Assembly (NCBI RefSeq): GCF_963921235.1
Contig: NC_086109.1
Coordinates: 4,590,001-4,654,000 of the forward strand
From: Mobula hypostoma
Lineage: Eukaryota
Direction: 5' to 3'
Length of the DNA: 64,000 bases
Positions 53,501-63,686 of the stretch are shown piece by piece (within the stretch, counting starts at the first letter, position 1; the number at the start of each line of letters is the position of its first letter). The notes under the pieces were generated by a model that did not search any database, was not told where the DNA came from, and worked only from the letters and a program-made list of their open reading frames with translations. Made by a program: the position numbers and the translations under genes.

Positions 53501-56500
53501 ATCACTGTGAACATAAAAATCACTTCTTGTTTTCTTTAATTGGTTTACAATCGAGGACGAGAGTAGTAAACTGTGTTCCATTTGAAGTTCAGTTCTTTGT
53601 TTGTATAGCTCCTCAGAAGGAGCCATAACATATTTCTTATCAATTTCTTTAATCTTGTCCACAATTACCATCTCCTCCTGCTTCTGTTTCTTCCTCAAAG
53701 CAACGGAATACGAAATAATCTGACCCCGAATATAGGCTTTAAAAGTGTCCCAAAGAGTGTTAACCGAAATATCTTCTGTATGGTTAATTGTAAAAAAAAG
53801 CTCAATCTGTTCATTCATAAAATTAACAAAGTCCGAGTCCTGAAGCAACAGCGAATTAAAACGCCATTGTCTATTGTTTGGTATATTGGCCATAATTTTA
53901 ATAGAAAGCTTAAGTGGAGCATGATCCGAAATGGTTATAGAATCATAATCACATTTAATCACTGAAGAAATGAGACGAGAATCAATGAAAAAATAATCAA
54001 TTCTTGAATAGGAATGATGAACATGTGAAAAGAAGGAAAAATCTTTTTCCTGAGGATGCAGAAAACGCCAAATGTCCGTCGACCCAGAATCAGAAAGGAA
54101 AAAATTAATCAAATTTGCAGATTTATTAGGTAAAGTCCGTAAAGGAGCCGAACGGTCCAAAGCTGGAGATAAACAGGTATTAAGATCTCCGCCCCAAATC
54201 AATGAAAACTCGTTCAAATTCGGAAACTGATCAAACAATGATTTATAAAATTCCGGACAATCCATATTCACTAACCAATAAAAATCTACCATTCGGATCA
54301 GAGATAATATCCTGTTGTATAAAAGTAACTGAGGAGTCTATAAAAATAGAGACGCCTCGAATCTTAGCATTGGAGTTCGAATGAAATTGTTGTCCCTTCC
54401 AAAATTTGAAAAAACGTAGTCTGTCCCCCCTCCGTACATGGGTCTCTTGTAAAAATAAAATTTGTGCTTTAAGTCTCCGGAACACTTTAAAAACTTTTTT
54501 CCTTTTAATAGGATGATTAAGACCATTAGTATTCCAGGAGACAAAATTAATAATAGACTCCATAAATCCTAAAGTCAACCCATAACAAGGAGGATTGACA
54601 ATAGGCGCGACCCACAGACCCGGAGAGGAAACAGAACATACAAAAGATACCGGGGAAAAGGACGTAACCAATACTTCAATAATGTATATAGCCCAAAGAG
54701 AAACAAACTAAAACGTGAAGCCCCTCCCACCGCCCCCCACCCCAGGACCCCAAGGCGAAATCTAAAGCAGACCCGCCAGAAAGAAGCAAGCGCTAAAACT
54801 ACCCCCATGACTTCCGGTATACGCTCCCTAAAAAAAAGGTATAAATATGAAAAGGATCAGCTAATTGTAAAACAGTAAAAAAATAAGTAAAAAAAAGTTA
54901 GCTCAATTAAAATACACACAGAACAGAACAAAAGCCGGAAAGTATATATTAAAAAAAACCACAATAAACCTCAAACTCATGAATAGACACAGCAACAAAA
55001 AAAATAGGATTATTAACATAAAATGATTATAAAAAGCAAAACAGAATAAAATTTAAAAAAAACTACAAAATTTAAGGCCGCACAGGAAATACGTAAGATG
55101 ACAAAAGGGAAGTAACCACCCAGAATCCCCTGGGAAAAGAAAGAAATGACGCAGTTAAAAAGAAAGTTTAGCAGCCATATTAAGAAATCGAAAGTAAACT
55201 TTTCTGCCCAAATAGGGCACAGAAAAGTTAAAACCAACCAATTCACAGCCTCCGATCAACGGAGAAAATTAAAAAAAGGCAATTAAGATGTTGAAGATGA
55301 AAGTTGATCCAGATAACTCTGGGCATCCGATGGAGAATCAAAAAAACGAAGAGCTCCATCTAACATGCGAATCCTTAGACGTGCAGGGTACAGCAGCGCT
55401 GGTCTTAAATCCATCTTATAGAATTCCGACATCACGGATCTGTAACGGACCCGTTGGTCCCAGATTGGTTTACTGAAATCTTCCACGAATCGGAACTTAA
55501 GATCCGAAAAATCAATGAAACCTTTAGATCGAGCGAATCGAAACAGTCTCTCCTTATCTTGAAAGTAATGAAAACGTAAGATAACATGCCTAGGTCTATC
55601 TGACCTAGACGAGTATGATGGGATTCTGTGAACACGATCCAGTAGCGGTGGTTGGTCAGGAAATACAGTAGGGAATGCATCTTTTAAAAGTTGGGAGAAA
55701 TATTTCATAGGGTTGTTAGCTTCCACGGCTTCCCTGACGCCAATCATTCGTAAATTCTGCCGTCGCATTCTAGATTCCAAGTCAGAGTTTTTAAAAGTCA
55801 AAAAGTCAAGTTTCTTCTTCATTACGTTAATTGTTTCTTCGACTTTCCCCATCTTAAGCTCACTTTGTTGCGCGGATTTTTGAAGACCAGATATAGCCGA
55901 CTGATGTTCCGCAATACATGTTTGCATCTTATCAATTAAATCGGCAATTTTCTGGAACTTAGTTGAGATTTCCATATGAATCAGGTCTTTAACAAAGCCC
56001 ATAATTTCTGTACGAATCATCTCCCTAACAGAGGTTGAAATTTCCCTCTGAATTAACTCCGATATAGCTTCCAAAGTCACCGGTGATTCAGTCGGAGGGA
56101 GATCCGTAGCTTTCGGTTTAACCGGAGGTTTACCATCCTTGCCGTCTTTCCCGTTCTTAGACATAGCCGATCTCAGTATCATCCAATTGTCAGAGAATTC
56201 AGTTTAATTCAAAGTATTGTAAAAATTGATGCCTTAATAGTTAATTAAAGTATAGCTGACCATAGAGAGAAAAAACTCAGAGGTAATGGAGCGAGTCAAG
56301 AACGCGACTTCACTCCATGAGCGCTACCGGAAGTCTCGGAAGAAATAAAATCAATTCAATTCCATTACCTTTGCAACCCAGATTTTTGAATTCTCTGCTT
56401 GCTTAGAAAAGAGTCTTCACTTTTGTTTTTCTGCCAAAGTGCATGACCGTATACTTCCTAACACTTTATTCCATCTGCCACTTCTTTGCCATTCTCCTGA

Positions 56501-59500
56501 TCTGCCCAAGTCCTTCTGCAGCCTCCGGCTTCCTCAGTATTACCTGTCCTTCCACCCATCTTCATATTATACATAAACTTGGCTTGGCCTCAGAGCCATC
56601 AATTCTGTCATCCAAAGACAAAAAGAGAAGTGACCCCGTGGAGCACCACCAGTCACTTGCGCCCATCAGAAAGAGCACACTTCATTCCCATTCTTTGCCT
56701 CTCGCCAGTCAGCCAATGCTCGATCCAGTCTGGCATCTTTCCTGTGACACCTTGGGCTCTTACCAGCAGCCTCATGTGTGGACCCTTGTCAAAGGCCTGC
56801 TGAACATCCAAGTACACAACATCCACCGGTTCTCCTCTCTCTATCCCACTTGTTATTTCCTTATTACACCAGAAATATTTAAGAATTTCAGAGTTAATGG
56901 ACACATCAGAAGAGAAATACAAAACTTTCATTTCATCCCCCAAATTCAACTGAATCGTATTCTATTTGAAAGTAAACATAAAAAAAACTTGACTCATTCC
57001 ATGGATCAGATCTTTGCCTACTCACTTATCGATAGCTTTTTACAGCGGGAAACTACAAGTAGGAAAAAGAGTAGACCGTCCAGTTGCTCATGTCTGCGTG
57101 CCCACTCTACTTCTAGCTGACAATTTGTCTACAGTACTTTCACTTCCATCTTGCAAAGGAACTGGGGTATGTGCATGTAAACCTGCAAGAGTGACAGGGG
57201 AGGAAATTTGCAAACTCCAACATGGTACAACATGGTGCAATCATTCCTTTACTTCCCTCATTTGAACCACACACAGTATAGCGTCAGGGTCACAGACACA
57301 AACAGGCCCTTCAGCCCATTTAGTTCACGGTGAACTAATCTTCTGTGTATTCCCACTGACCCGCACCTGAACCTTAGCCCTCTACACCCTGCCCATCCAA
57401 GTACTTGCCCAAACTTCTCTTAACTGTTGAAATCAAACCTACATCCACCACTTCTGCTGGCAGCTCGTTACCAACCCTCACCACCCTCTGAGTGGAAAAA
57501 CGCTTTCCTGAACTATTTCACCTTTCATCCTTAAACTACGATCTCCAGTTCTGGTCCCATAGAACAGACAACAGTATAGCACAAGAACTGTCCCATCAAC
57601 GCAATTAAACCAATCTCATCTGTCCATGTCTCTCCATTTTCCTCATATTCATGTTCCTATCTAAACATCTCTTAAAAGTCCCTCATGTTTCTTCCTCTAC
57701 CAACAACACAGACAGCCAACAGTCTGTGTAAAAAATATTGACTCTCACATCTCCTTTGAAATCACTTCCTTTGAATTTAAATGCATGCCCTCTTGTATCA
57801 GACGTTTCAATCCCGGCTGAAAAGATACTCTATCTGTTGCTCTCATAATCTTATATACCTCTATTAACATCCACTGCTCCAAGAAAAAAAAACAACCCGT
57901 TTGTCCAATTTCTCATTATTGCAGATGCCCTCTAGTTCAGACAGTATCCTGGTACACCTCCTCTGCACACTCTCCCAAAGTAGAAAACCTCACCCAATCT
58001 TCAGTGGAAAAATCCTGCTTGCACTTACCCTATCTTTACTTTACTTTATTGTCCCCAAACAATTAATACTAGAATGTACAATCATCACTGCAATATTTGA
58101 TTCTGCGCTTCGCACTCCCTGGAGTACAAATCGATAGTAAATAGTAAAAATTTAAATTATAGACCATAAACAGAAAATAGAAAAGGGAAAGTAAGGTGTT
58201 GCAAAAAAACCGAGAGGAAGGTCTGGATATTTGGAGGGTACGGCCCAGATCCGGGTCAGGATCTGTTCAGCAGCCTTTTCACAGTTAGAAAGAAGCTGTT
58301 CCCAAATCTATAACCTATTGATTGTTTTATATACCTCTATCTCCCCTCATTCTCCCTGCTCTCCAGTGCCTAAACTCCTAATCGGTCAAACTTCCCCCTT
58401 AACCCAAGTCCTCTAGGAACTGCTAAATGCTGAAGTTCTGGCTAGATCCCTGTGACATACTACTGTTTATACCTTGGTTACAGGCCCAAAACTTTGCTAT
58501 TTCTTTCTTCACAGATGCCATGTGCACTTTGGATTTCCAGCATCTGTGGTATTTTGTTTCCAATCTGCATTTTTGTGACATAAAAGCAATGATAGGTCTC
58601 ATTTTGAAACATAACCTATAACCATTTTATTCTTTAATCTCAGAAGCTGAATTTTTAAAAGTTTGTTGGAGTGAAGAGTAGCAGGTAAACAGTCACCAAA
58701 ACACATTTAAAAAAAAAATCATACTGCCTCTTAATTCAGATCCAGTTTTACCCTCTATTTCTGGAAATGTTTACTCACGTGGTGTGCAGCTGGGTGGTGG
58801 GGGTGAAAAATTGCTGTCCTCTCCACATACACTGAGACCATCGCCTTCCATCTCATAACCTTCTTTACACCGGAAAATGACTTGATCCTGATATTTATAA
58901 GTAGATTTGTATTGCGATGCCACAATAACATTGCCAGGAAAATCCGGAAGCGGACATTTAACATCTGGTAAAATAAAGAACTTCTTGCTGTTAGGTATCC
59001 CAATGAATTCACAACACAAATAAAATAGTAAGAATAAAGTTTTAATTTTAAATTCAAAGCACTTAAAGGCACAAAAACACTTTGCTGAACTAAAACAGAT
59101 CACGAAGCAGCATCTCGTGCAGATGCAGACCGTTCAATCAGAATGCCCACTGTAACTTTGTGCTCTGCTGCTGGACCTCACTGGGAGTCCTCAGAGCTGC
59201 TGAGAGGAAATGCCACCTCTCCACATTCACGGACATGCTGCCCTTTCCCGAAAACCTAACCTGCTTCTATCCTGTTCAATCTTCACCGAAACTACTCAGT
59301 GCATTGCCCTGACAACCTTTCACCACTAATATAAGACCATATGATATAGGGGCAGAAATAGATCGAGTCTGCTCCAGCATTCCTGGCTGATTTATTATCT
59401 CTCTCAACTCCATTCTCCTGCCTACTCCCCATTACCTGTGATACCCTTACTAATCAATCCATCAATCTCTGATATAAATATACTCAGTGAATTAGCCTCC

Positions 59501-62500
59501 ACTGCTGTCTGTGGCAAAGAAATGCACAAATTCACCACTCCATAAGGAACCTCCTCACCTCTGTTCTAAAGGGATGTCTTTCTATTGTATAGCTGTGCCC
59601 TCTGGTCCTATACTCACCCATTATTAGAAACATCCTCTCCATACCCATTCTACTCATTATAACCCTGATAACTGTCATCCTTCCCACTGATGCCTGATAC
59701 ACAGGGTGTGTCAAGCATTTTCCAGTTTTATTTCAGATTCCTAGCAACTGCAGATCATACTTCTGATGGGGAAGTGGATATTAAATTAGTCAGAACTACA
59801 TGAAACAGTAACACATCCAACCTGGGAGACAGATCAGACTCCAGGTGAGTGGGAAACCCTTCATAATAAGGGCACACTGGAAAGTGAAGCAACTTGTAAT
59901 GACCAGCAAACCACCAAAGGAAAATCTAGTTGCCTCACACTTGAAGTAATGCCCAGTTCTGGTTGTCATACCATTAGAAAAACAGTGCACTTGGATTGCT
60001 GAAAATTTGAGCAGCTGGTCGAGCTGAAGAAAATTACCAGAAGTTTGAGAAATCAAAGTTCATGCCATCAACAGACTATGAGGTGTTGTTGCTCCAACCG
60101 GAGAGTGGCCTCATTGTGCCAGAAGTGGCGACCACGGACTGACATCCCAGAATGGGAATTGGAATTAAAATGGTTGGCCACCAGGAAATTCTGCTTTTTG
60201 TGGATAGAGTAGAGGTGCTTGACAGAGCAGTCCCCCAATCTACGCCAGGTCTCACCAATTCAGAGGAGACCACGCCGGGAGCACCTGATATAGTCGGCAA
60301 CCTCAATAGATTCACAAGTGAAGTGCTGCCTCAGCTGGAAACAAGTTTGGGGTCTGGACTGGGCAGGTGTAGCACCTGGGCTGCTGGCAGGAGTAAGAGT
60401 GAGGCGGGATAAATGGTCAAAGTAATCACAGAGTGAACGATACCTGTGGAGAGCAGTATATTGTCTTTATTGTTTTAGTCATTCTACCCAACCAAAGCCC
60501 TTCTCCATCACCCTGATGCTTTCATTTGAAGCCCACTTACCTCTAGCTTTTCCCATTCTGATGAAGTCATCAACCAAAATTTCTCAGATGCCACCCAAGT
60601 AGCTGGCTTTTGTGGGTTTTTTAAAAAAAATAAAATACTTTTAATATTGGAGATCTACAGAGTGTAACAAACAGAGTGTTCTTTGTTCCTCTCCGTAGAT
60701 GCTGCCATCACCTTCAGAATTCCTCCACCATTTTGAGTGCCTTACTCTGGATTTCCAGCATCTGCACAATCTCTCATGTTTAGACTGTTCTCTGTTTTGC
60801 TCTGACAGATCTCCAATCTTAACAGTAGCTTAGAGAAAGAGTTGTTTTATGGGATTCCATTTAAACAAGCCAGAAGAACATAGTGCTAGAAAACTGACTC
60901 ATTTCGCCCACTGGAAAATCAGTGTATATTTCCATCAATGGAGCTGAACTGACCGCATGGAAAAATATAAAACTAAAACACTAAATATGTTTAAAATGGT
61001 AATTAAAACAGGTTTCATTTTTCGTTCAGTACCTTTGCACTTTGGAAAGGGATGATTCCACCTTCCATCACTTTTACAGGTAAGCTTACGTTCACCGATC
61101 AATGAGTAGTCACCAAGGCATGAAACTGTGGCCACCATTCCATATTCCCATGGCTCTGCAGAAGGGCTTGATATTCTTCCATTCTCAATGGTCAGAATGT
61201 CAGGACATTTAACAGCTGGCAACAGATGCACTTTAGTTAATGCCCAGAGCAGACCATCACATCACACCTTTAACTTCATAGTTAAAAATCAAATCGAGTC
61301 AGTAAAAGTTCAACAGCACTCTATTGCAATGTAGCGCTTCAGAATACAGGCAAATCTCATCCTCCCCAATGCACATTCAAACCCCCATGACCACGTATCC
61401 ACCCTTCACAATCTTGGCACCCACTGTAAACTTAGACCAACTGATCCCCAGGGGTACAGACACATACACAGCAGCACAGTGGTCAATATAATACGTTATA
61501 ATGTCATCAATCGGGATTCAATTCTGTCGCTGTCAGTAAAGAGTTTGTTACGTTGTCCCTGTGACTGAGTGGGTTTCCTTCAGGACCTCCAGTCTCTTTC
61601 CACAGTCCAAAGATGTCTGTACTCTGTCAGTGACAAACAGAAGAGATTCTGCTGATACTGGAAATTTAAAGTGACACACAGAAAATCTGGAGGAGGTCAG
61701 CAGGTCAGGCAGCATCCATGGAGAGGATTAAACAGTTTACATTTCCTTCATCAGAATTAGGTACAGGCGTCTTCATCCTCTCCAATACACAGTCAGACCC
61801 TTATGACCAAGTGTATTTACCTTTCACAATCTTGGCATTCACTGTGAGGGTCATGTTTTTTGACTTCTCCAGTGCATTCAACACCATCCGCCCTACTCCG
61901 CTGGGGGAGAAGCTGATAGCGATGCAGGTGGATGCTTTCCTGGTGTCATGGATTCTTGATTACCTGACTGGCAGATCACAGTACGTGTGCTTGCAACACT
62001 GTGTGTCCGACAGAGTGATCAGCAGCACTGGGGTTCCACAGGGGACTGTCTTGTCTCCCTTTCTCTTCACCGTTTCCACCTGGGACTTCAACTACTGCAC
62101 AGAGTTTTGTCATCTTCAGAAGTTTTCTGATGACTCTGCCATAGTCTGATACATCAGCAAGGGAGATGAGGCTGAGTACAGGGCTACGGTAGGAAACTTT
62201 GTCACATGGTGTGAGCAGAATTATCTGCAGCTTAATGTGAAAAAGACTAAGGAGCTGGTGGTAGACCTGAGGAGAGCTAAGGTACTGGTGACCCCTGTTT
62301 CCATCCCGGGGGTCAGTGTGGACATGGTGGAGCATTACAAATACCTGGGGATACGTATTGACAATAAACTGGACTGGTCAAAGAACACTGAGGCTGTCTG
62401 CAAGAAGGGTCAGAGCCGTCTCTATTTCCTGAGGAGACTGAGGTCCTTTAACATCTGTCGAACGATGCTGAGGATGTTCTACGAGTCTGTGGTGGCCAGT

Positions 62501-63415
62501 GCGATCATGTTTGCCGTTGTGCGCTGGGGCAGCAGGCTGACGGTAGCAGACACTAATAGAATCAGCAAACTTATTCGTAAGGCCAGTGATGTTGTAGGGA
62601 TGGAACTGGACTCTCTCACGGTGGTGTCTGAAAAGAGGATGCTGTCCGAGTTGCATGCCATCTTGGACAATGTCTCCCATCCACTACATAATGGACAGGT
62701 TGGGCACAAGAGTACATTCAGCCAGAGACTCATTCTACCGAGATGCAACACAGAGTGTCATAGGAAGTCATTCTTGCCTGTGGCCATCAAACTTTACAAC
62801 TCCTCCCTTGGGAGGGTCAGACACCCTGAGTCAATAGGCTGGTCCTGGACTTATTTCCTGGCATAATTTACATATTACTATGTAATTATTTATGATTTTA
62901 TTACTATTTAATTATTTATGGTGCAACTATAACAAAAACCAATTTCCCTTGGGATCAATAAAGTATGACTATGACTATTCTCCCATCCCCTCCCTCCTTC
63001 ACCTGCCACCCTCCAGGGAAACAACATTCGCACACAACATTGTCCACATTGAGTCCTGTAGAACAGCCAGCACCATTACAGAAAGCTCCTTCCCATTCCC
63101 ACTCAAACACCAGAGAGCAACGAAAGGCTAGAAAGAACACCGCATACTTCTAAACCGGAGAGCAAGAGGTACTCTGAAGGGGAATAATAACAGAATAGGA
63201 AGCGAGAAATAAAGGCGCCCAGTAAAAGAACATCAGTCACAGCTAGATGGCTAATGGCCTCAGATTGTTGACCAGTACTGAGGGTATGATACTGTAGTTT
63301 CAGCCCATCACCTCCACCACCATTAGATTTCTGAATGGACAATGAACCCATGTACACAACCTCACTTTTATTTCATTTTACACTACTTACTTAATGTAAT
63401 TATATTTATACATAC

Positions 63416-63473
<58 letters not shown>

Positions 63474-63686
63474 AACAAAAACAAAATACTGGAGGAACTC
63501 ACTCAGCAGGTCAGGCAACATCCATGGAAAAAAATACGGTTGACATTTCAGGCTGAAACCCTTCGGCAGACTATGCCACTGATATTAAACTCGTTTCTGA
63601 ATCTCTGCTCACCTTCACATGTAGGTACCTGGCCACCCCATCCATCAACTTCACACAACCGGTAACCTCTACCCACCAGAGTATAT
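17577..63686 (-). CDS. Spliced CD46/MCP-like RCA-family membrane complement regulator (5'-partial; 12 exons in window; >=6.5 CCP modules + linker + TM + cytoplasmic tail)
   Basis: Exons 63613-63686, 61033-61215, 58779-58964, 48982-49170, 47350-47443, 45177-45250, 41746-41928, 39579-39764, 29537-29569, 24411-24483, 20349-20435 and 17577-17589 all have polypyrimidine-AG acceptors; the first eleven have GT donors and the last carries the stop. Phases are compatible, giving 1375 nt with no internal stop. The C..P..NG..C..GY..G...C...W/F...P.C Sushi pattern and the split second module are RCA hallmarks. Exact orthology (CD46 vs CR1/C4BP-like) cannot be fixed without a search. Confidence 0.9.
19110..19760 (-). 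mobile_element. CR1 LINE 3' fragment
   Basis: [22 protein letters not shown] (ORF 19432..19647). Confidence 0.8.
20349..20435 (-). CDS. Exon: cytoplasmic tail ([29 protein letters not shown])
   Basis: Acceptor ttgtgttctttttag, donor CAAG|gtaatg, 87 bp, phase 2-2; open in the required frame (3' end of ORF 20345..20806). Confidence 0.75.
20530..20920 (-). mobile_element. Penelope-like GIY-YIG fragment
   Basis: VAEH...[15 protein letters not shown] in the N-terminal part of ORF 20345..20806. Confidence 0.6.
21330..26155. mobile_element. Cluster of decayed CR1 LINE fragments on both strands (flanking the TM exon)
   Basis: [42 protein letters not shown] motifs in several short ORFs. Confidence 0.75.
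24411..24483 (-). CDS. Exon: transmembrane helix and basic stop-transfer ([24 protein letters not shown])
   Basis: Acceptor tttaatcttcttttatag, donor GAAG|gtaagt, 73 bp, phase 1-2; hydrophobic run followed by KR. Confidence 0.88.
26160..27690 (+). mobile_element. Rex1/Babar-type LINE, 5'-truncated
   Basis: [39 protein letters not shown]. Confidence 0.88.
29537..29569 (-). CDS. Micro-exon: juxtamembrane linker ([11 protein letters not shown])
   Basis: Acceptor ttcttcctttgcag, donor TTTG|gtaagt, 33 bp, phase 1-1, in a non-repetitive island. Confidence 0.75.
31100..32318 (-). mobile_element. CR1 LINE fragment present only in duplication unit B
   Basis: [14 protein letters not shown]; the flanks are contiguous in unit A near 56920. 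Confidence 0.8.
32547..36164 (-). mobile_element. Near full-length Rex1/Babar LINE (APE endonuclease + RT, disrupted)
   Basis: EN ORF 34534..35430 (CFTETWL, AGDFN, SDH); RT ORF 32925..33983 ([14 protein letters not shown]); (AAGTA)n tail; TSD CATCTT at 32541-32546 and 36165-36170; empty site in unit A near 57147-57152. Confidence 0.92.
36359..37496 (-). mobile_element. CR1 LINE, 5'-truncated, well preserved, unit B only
   Basis: [37 protein letters not shown] at 36354-36358 and 37497-37501; empty site near 57321. Confidence 0.88.
39579..39764 (-). CDS. Exon: CCP4 of unit B ([20 protein letters not shown]...[16 protein letters not shown])
   Basis: 186 bp, phase 1-1, donor CCAC|gtaagt; inside ORF 39571..39903. 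Confidence 0.92.
40143..40727. mobile_element. Solo LTR (585 bp), probably Gypsy- or ERV-type
   Basis: TGTACG...CGTTACA termini, 4-bp TSD AATA; absent from unit A (CCACTAATATAAGACC near 59323). Confidence 0.85.
41746..41928 (-). CDS. Exon: CCP3 of unit B (protein identical to unit A CCP3)
   Basis: 183 bp, phase 1-1, AG/GT; one synonymous difference from 61033-61215. Confidence 0.92.
42207..43662 (+). mobile_element. Tigger/pogo-like DNA transposon, internally deleted
   Basis: TIR CAGGTCCACAATCCCTTATCTGAAA / TTTCGGATAGGGGATTGTGGACCTG with TA TSD; ORF 42472..42777 starts with a CENP-B/psq-type HTH ([18 protein letters not shown]...[11 protein letters not shown]); empty site in unit A near 61492. 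Confidence 0.9.
43789..44155 (-). mobile_element. Right-end fragment of the same Tc1 family as 12372-13969
   Basis: Reverse-complement similarity to ~13690-13969. Confidence 0.7.
45177..45250 (-). CDS. Exon: second half of split CCP2, unit B ([24 protein letters not shown])
   Basis: Acceptor ttgtcgcctctttag, donor GAAG|gtgagc, 74 bp, phase 2-1. Confidence 0.9.
45950..46135 (-). mobile_element. V-SINE-like short interspersed element (related pieces at ~43670-43790 and ~61500-61615)
   Basis: Central GGATTTCCTCCGGATGCTCTGATTTCC core resembling the V-domain of fish/shark SINEs (recognised from memory). Confidence 0.5.
47350..47443 (-). CDS. Exon: first half of split CCP2, unit B ([32 protein letters not shown])
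   Basis: Acceptor ccccttttttgttcag, donor GATGG|gtgagt, 94 bp, phase 1-2; split in the Gly codon of C-x-x-G-Y as in RCA split exons. Confidence 0.9.
47617..48660 (-). mobile_element. L1 3' fragment
   Basis: [19 protein letters not shown]-rich tail on the minus strand. Confidence 0.85.
48982..49170 (-). CDS. Exon: CCP1-type module of unit B ([63 protein letters not shown])
   Basis: Acceptor ttctttttctttcaag, donor ACAC|gtaagt, 189 bp, phase 1-1; four Cys plus Trp. Confidence 0.92.
49250..49990 (+). mobile_element. CR1 LINE RT fragment
   Basis: [48 protein letters not shown]. Confidence 0.85.
50834..54563 (-). pseudogene. L1 ORF2 (EN-RT-Cys domain) with a single frameshifting deletion in the endonuclease
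   Basis: [24 protein letters not shown] in one frame; NMDCPEF..GGDLN..SRIDY..SDH, YADD and CDRC..HMFWSC in the 1152-aa frame. Confidence 0.88.
55283..56182 (-). CDS. L1 ORF1p (coiled coil + RRM + CTD), intact 299 aa
   Basis: [42 protein letters not shown]. Confidence 0.9.
   Translation of the reverse strand: MILRSAMSKNGKDGKDGKPPVKPKATDLPPTESPVTLEAISELIQREISTSVREMIRTEIMGFVKDLIHMEISTKFQKIADLIDKMQTCIAEHQSAISGLQKSAQQSELKMGKVEETINVMKKKLDFLTFKNSDLESRMRRQNLRMIGVREAVEANNPMKYFSQLLKDAFPTVFPDQPPLLDRVHRIPSYSSRSDRPRHVILRFHYFQDKERLFRFARSKGFIDFSDLKFRFVEDFSKPIWDQRVRYRSVMSEFYKMDLRPALLYPARLRIRMLDGALRFFDSPSDAQSYLDQLSSSTS
58036..58305 (-). mobile_element. Short 3'-end copy of the Rex1/Babar family seen at 32547-36164
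   Basis: Closely similar to ~32547-32815 including the tail. Confidence 0.8.
58779..58964 (-). CDS. Exon: CCP4 of unit A ([20 protein letters not shown]...[16 protein letters not shown])
   Basis: Acceptor ttattttaccag, donor CCAC|gtgagt, 186 bp, phase 1-1; NFS sequon; inside ORF 58771..59103. Confidence 0.92.
60020..60420 (-). mobile_element. Penelope-like GIY-YIG fragment, unit A only
   Basis: Homologous to the 7740-8000 and 8143-8460 segments. Confidence 0.7.
61033..61215 (-). CDS. Exon: CCP3 of unit A ([61 protein letters not shown])
   Basis: Acceptor tctgttgccag, donor AAAG|gtactg, 183 bp, phase 1-1; four Cys plus conserved Trp; inside ORF 60935..61231. Confidence 0.92.
61840..62975 (+). 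mobile_element. Rex1/Babar LINE 3' part
   Basis: [41 protein letters not shown]; (TATGAC)n tail. Confidence 0.88.
63411..63473 (+). repeat. (TA)n(CA)n compound microsatellite
   Basis: Directly visible. Confidence 0.9.
63613..63686 (-). CDS. Exon: second half of split CCP2, repeat unit A ([24 protein letters not shown])
   Basis: Acceptor ttgtcgcctctttag, donor GAAG|gtgagc, 74 bp, phase 2-1; paralogous to 45177-45250. Confidence 0.88.

Larger units (their letters stand above)
50475..56337 (-). mobile_element. Full-length L1 retrotransposon (5' UTR, ORF1, long spacer, ORF2, GAAAA tail), ORF2 broken by one lesion
   Basis: 15-bp TSD GGAAGAAATAAAATC at 50460-50474 and 56338-56352; ORF1 55283..56182; ORF2 from ~54563 with a frameshift near 54270 into the 1152-aa ORF. 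Confidence 0.95.

Noticed and set aside
49171..58778. Units A and B as two separate CD46-like genes
   Set aside because: No TM, terminal, leader exon or CpG promoter was found between them and the splice phases join directly; not formally excluded without transcripts.
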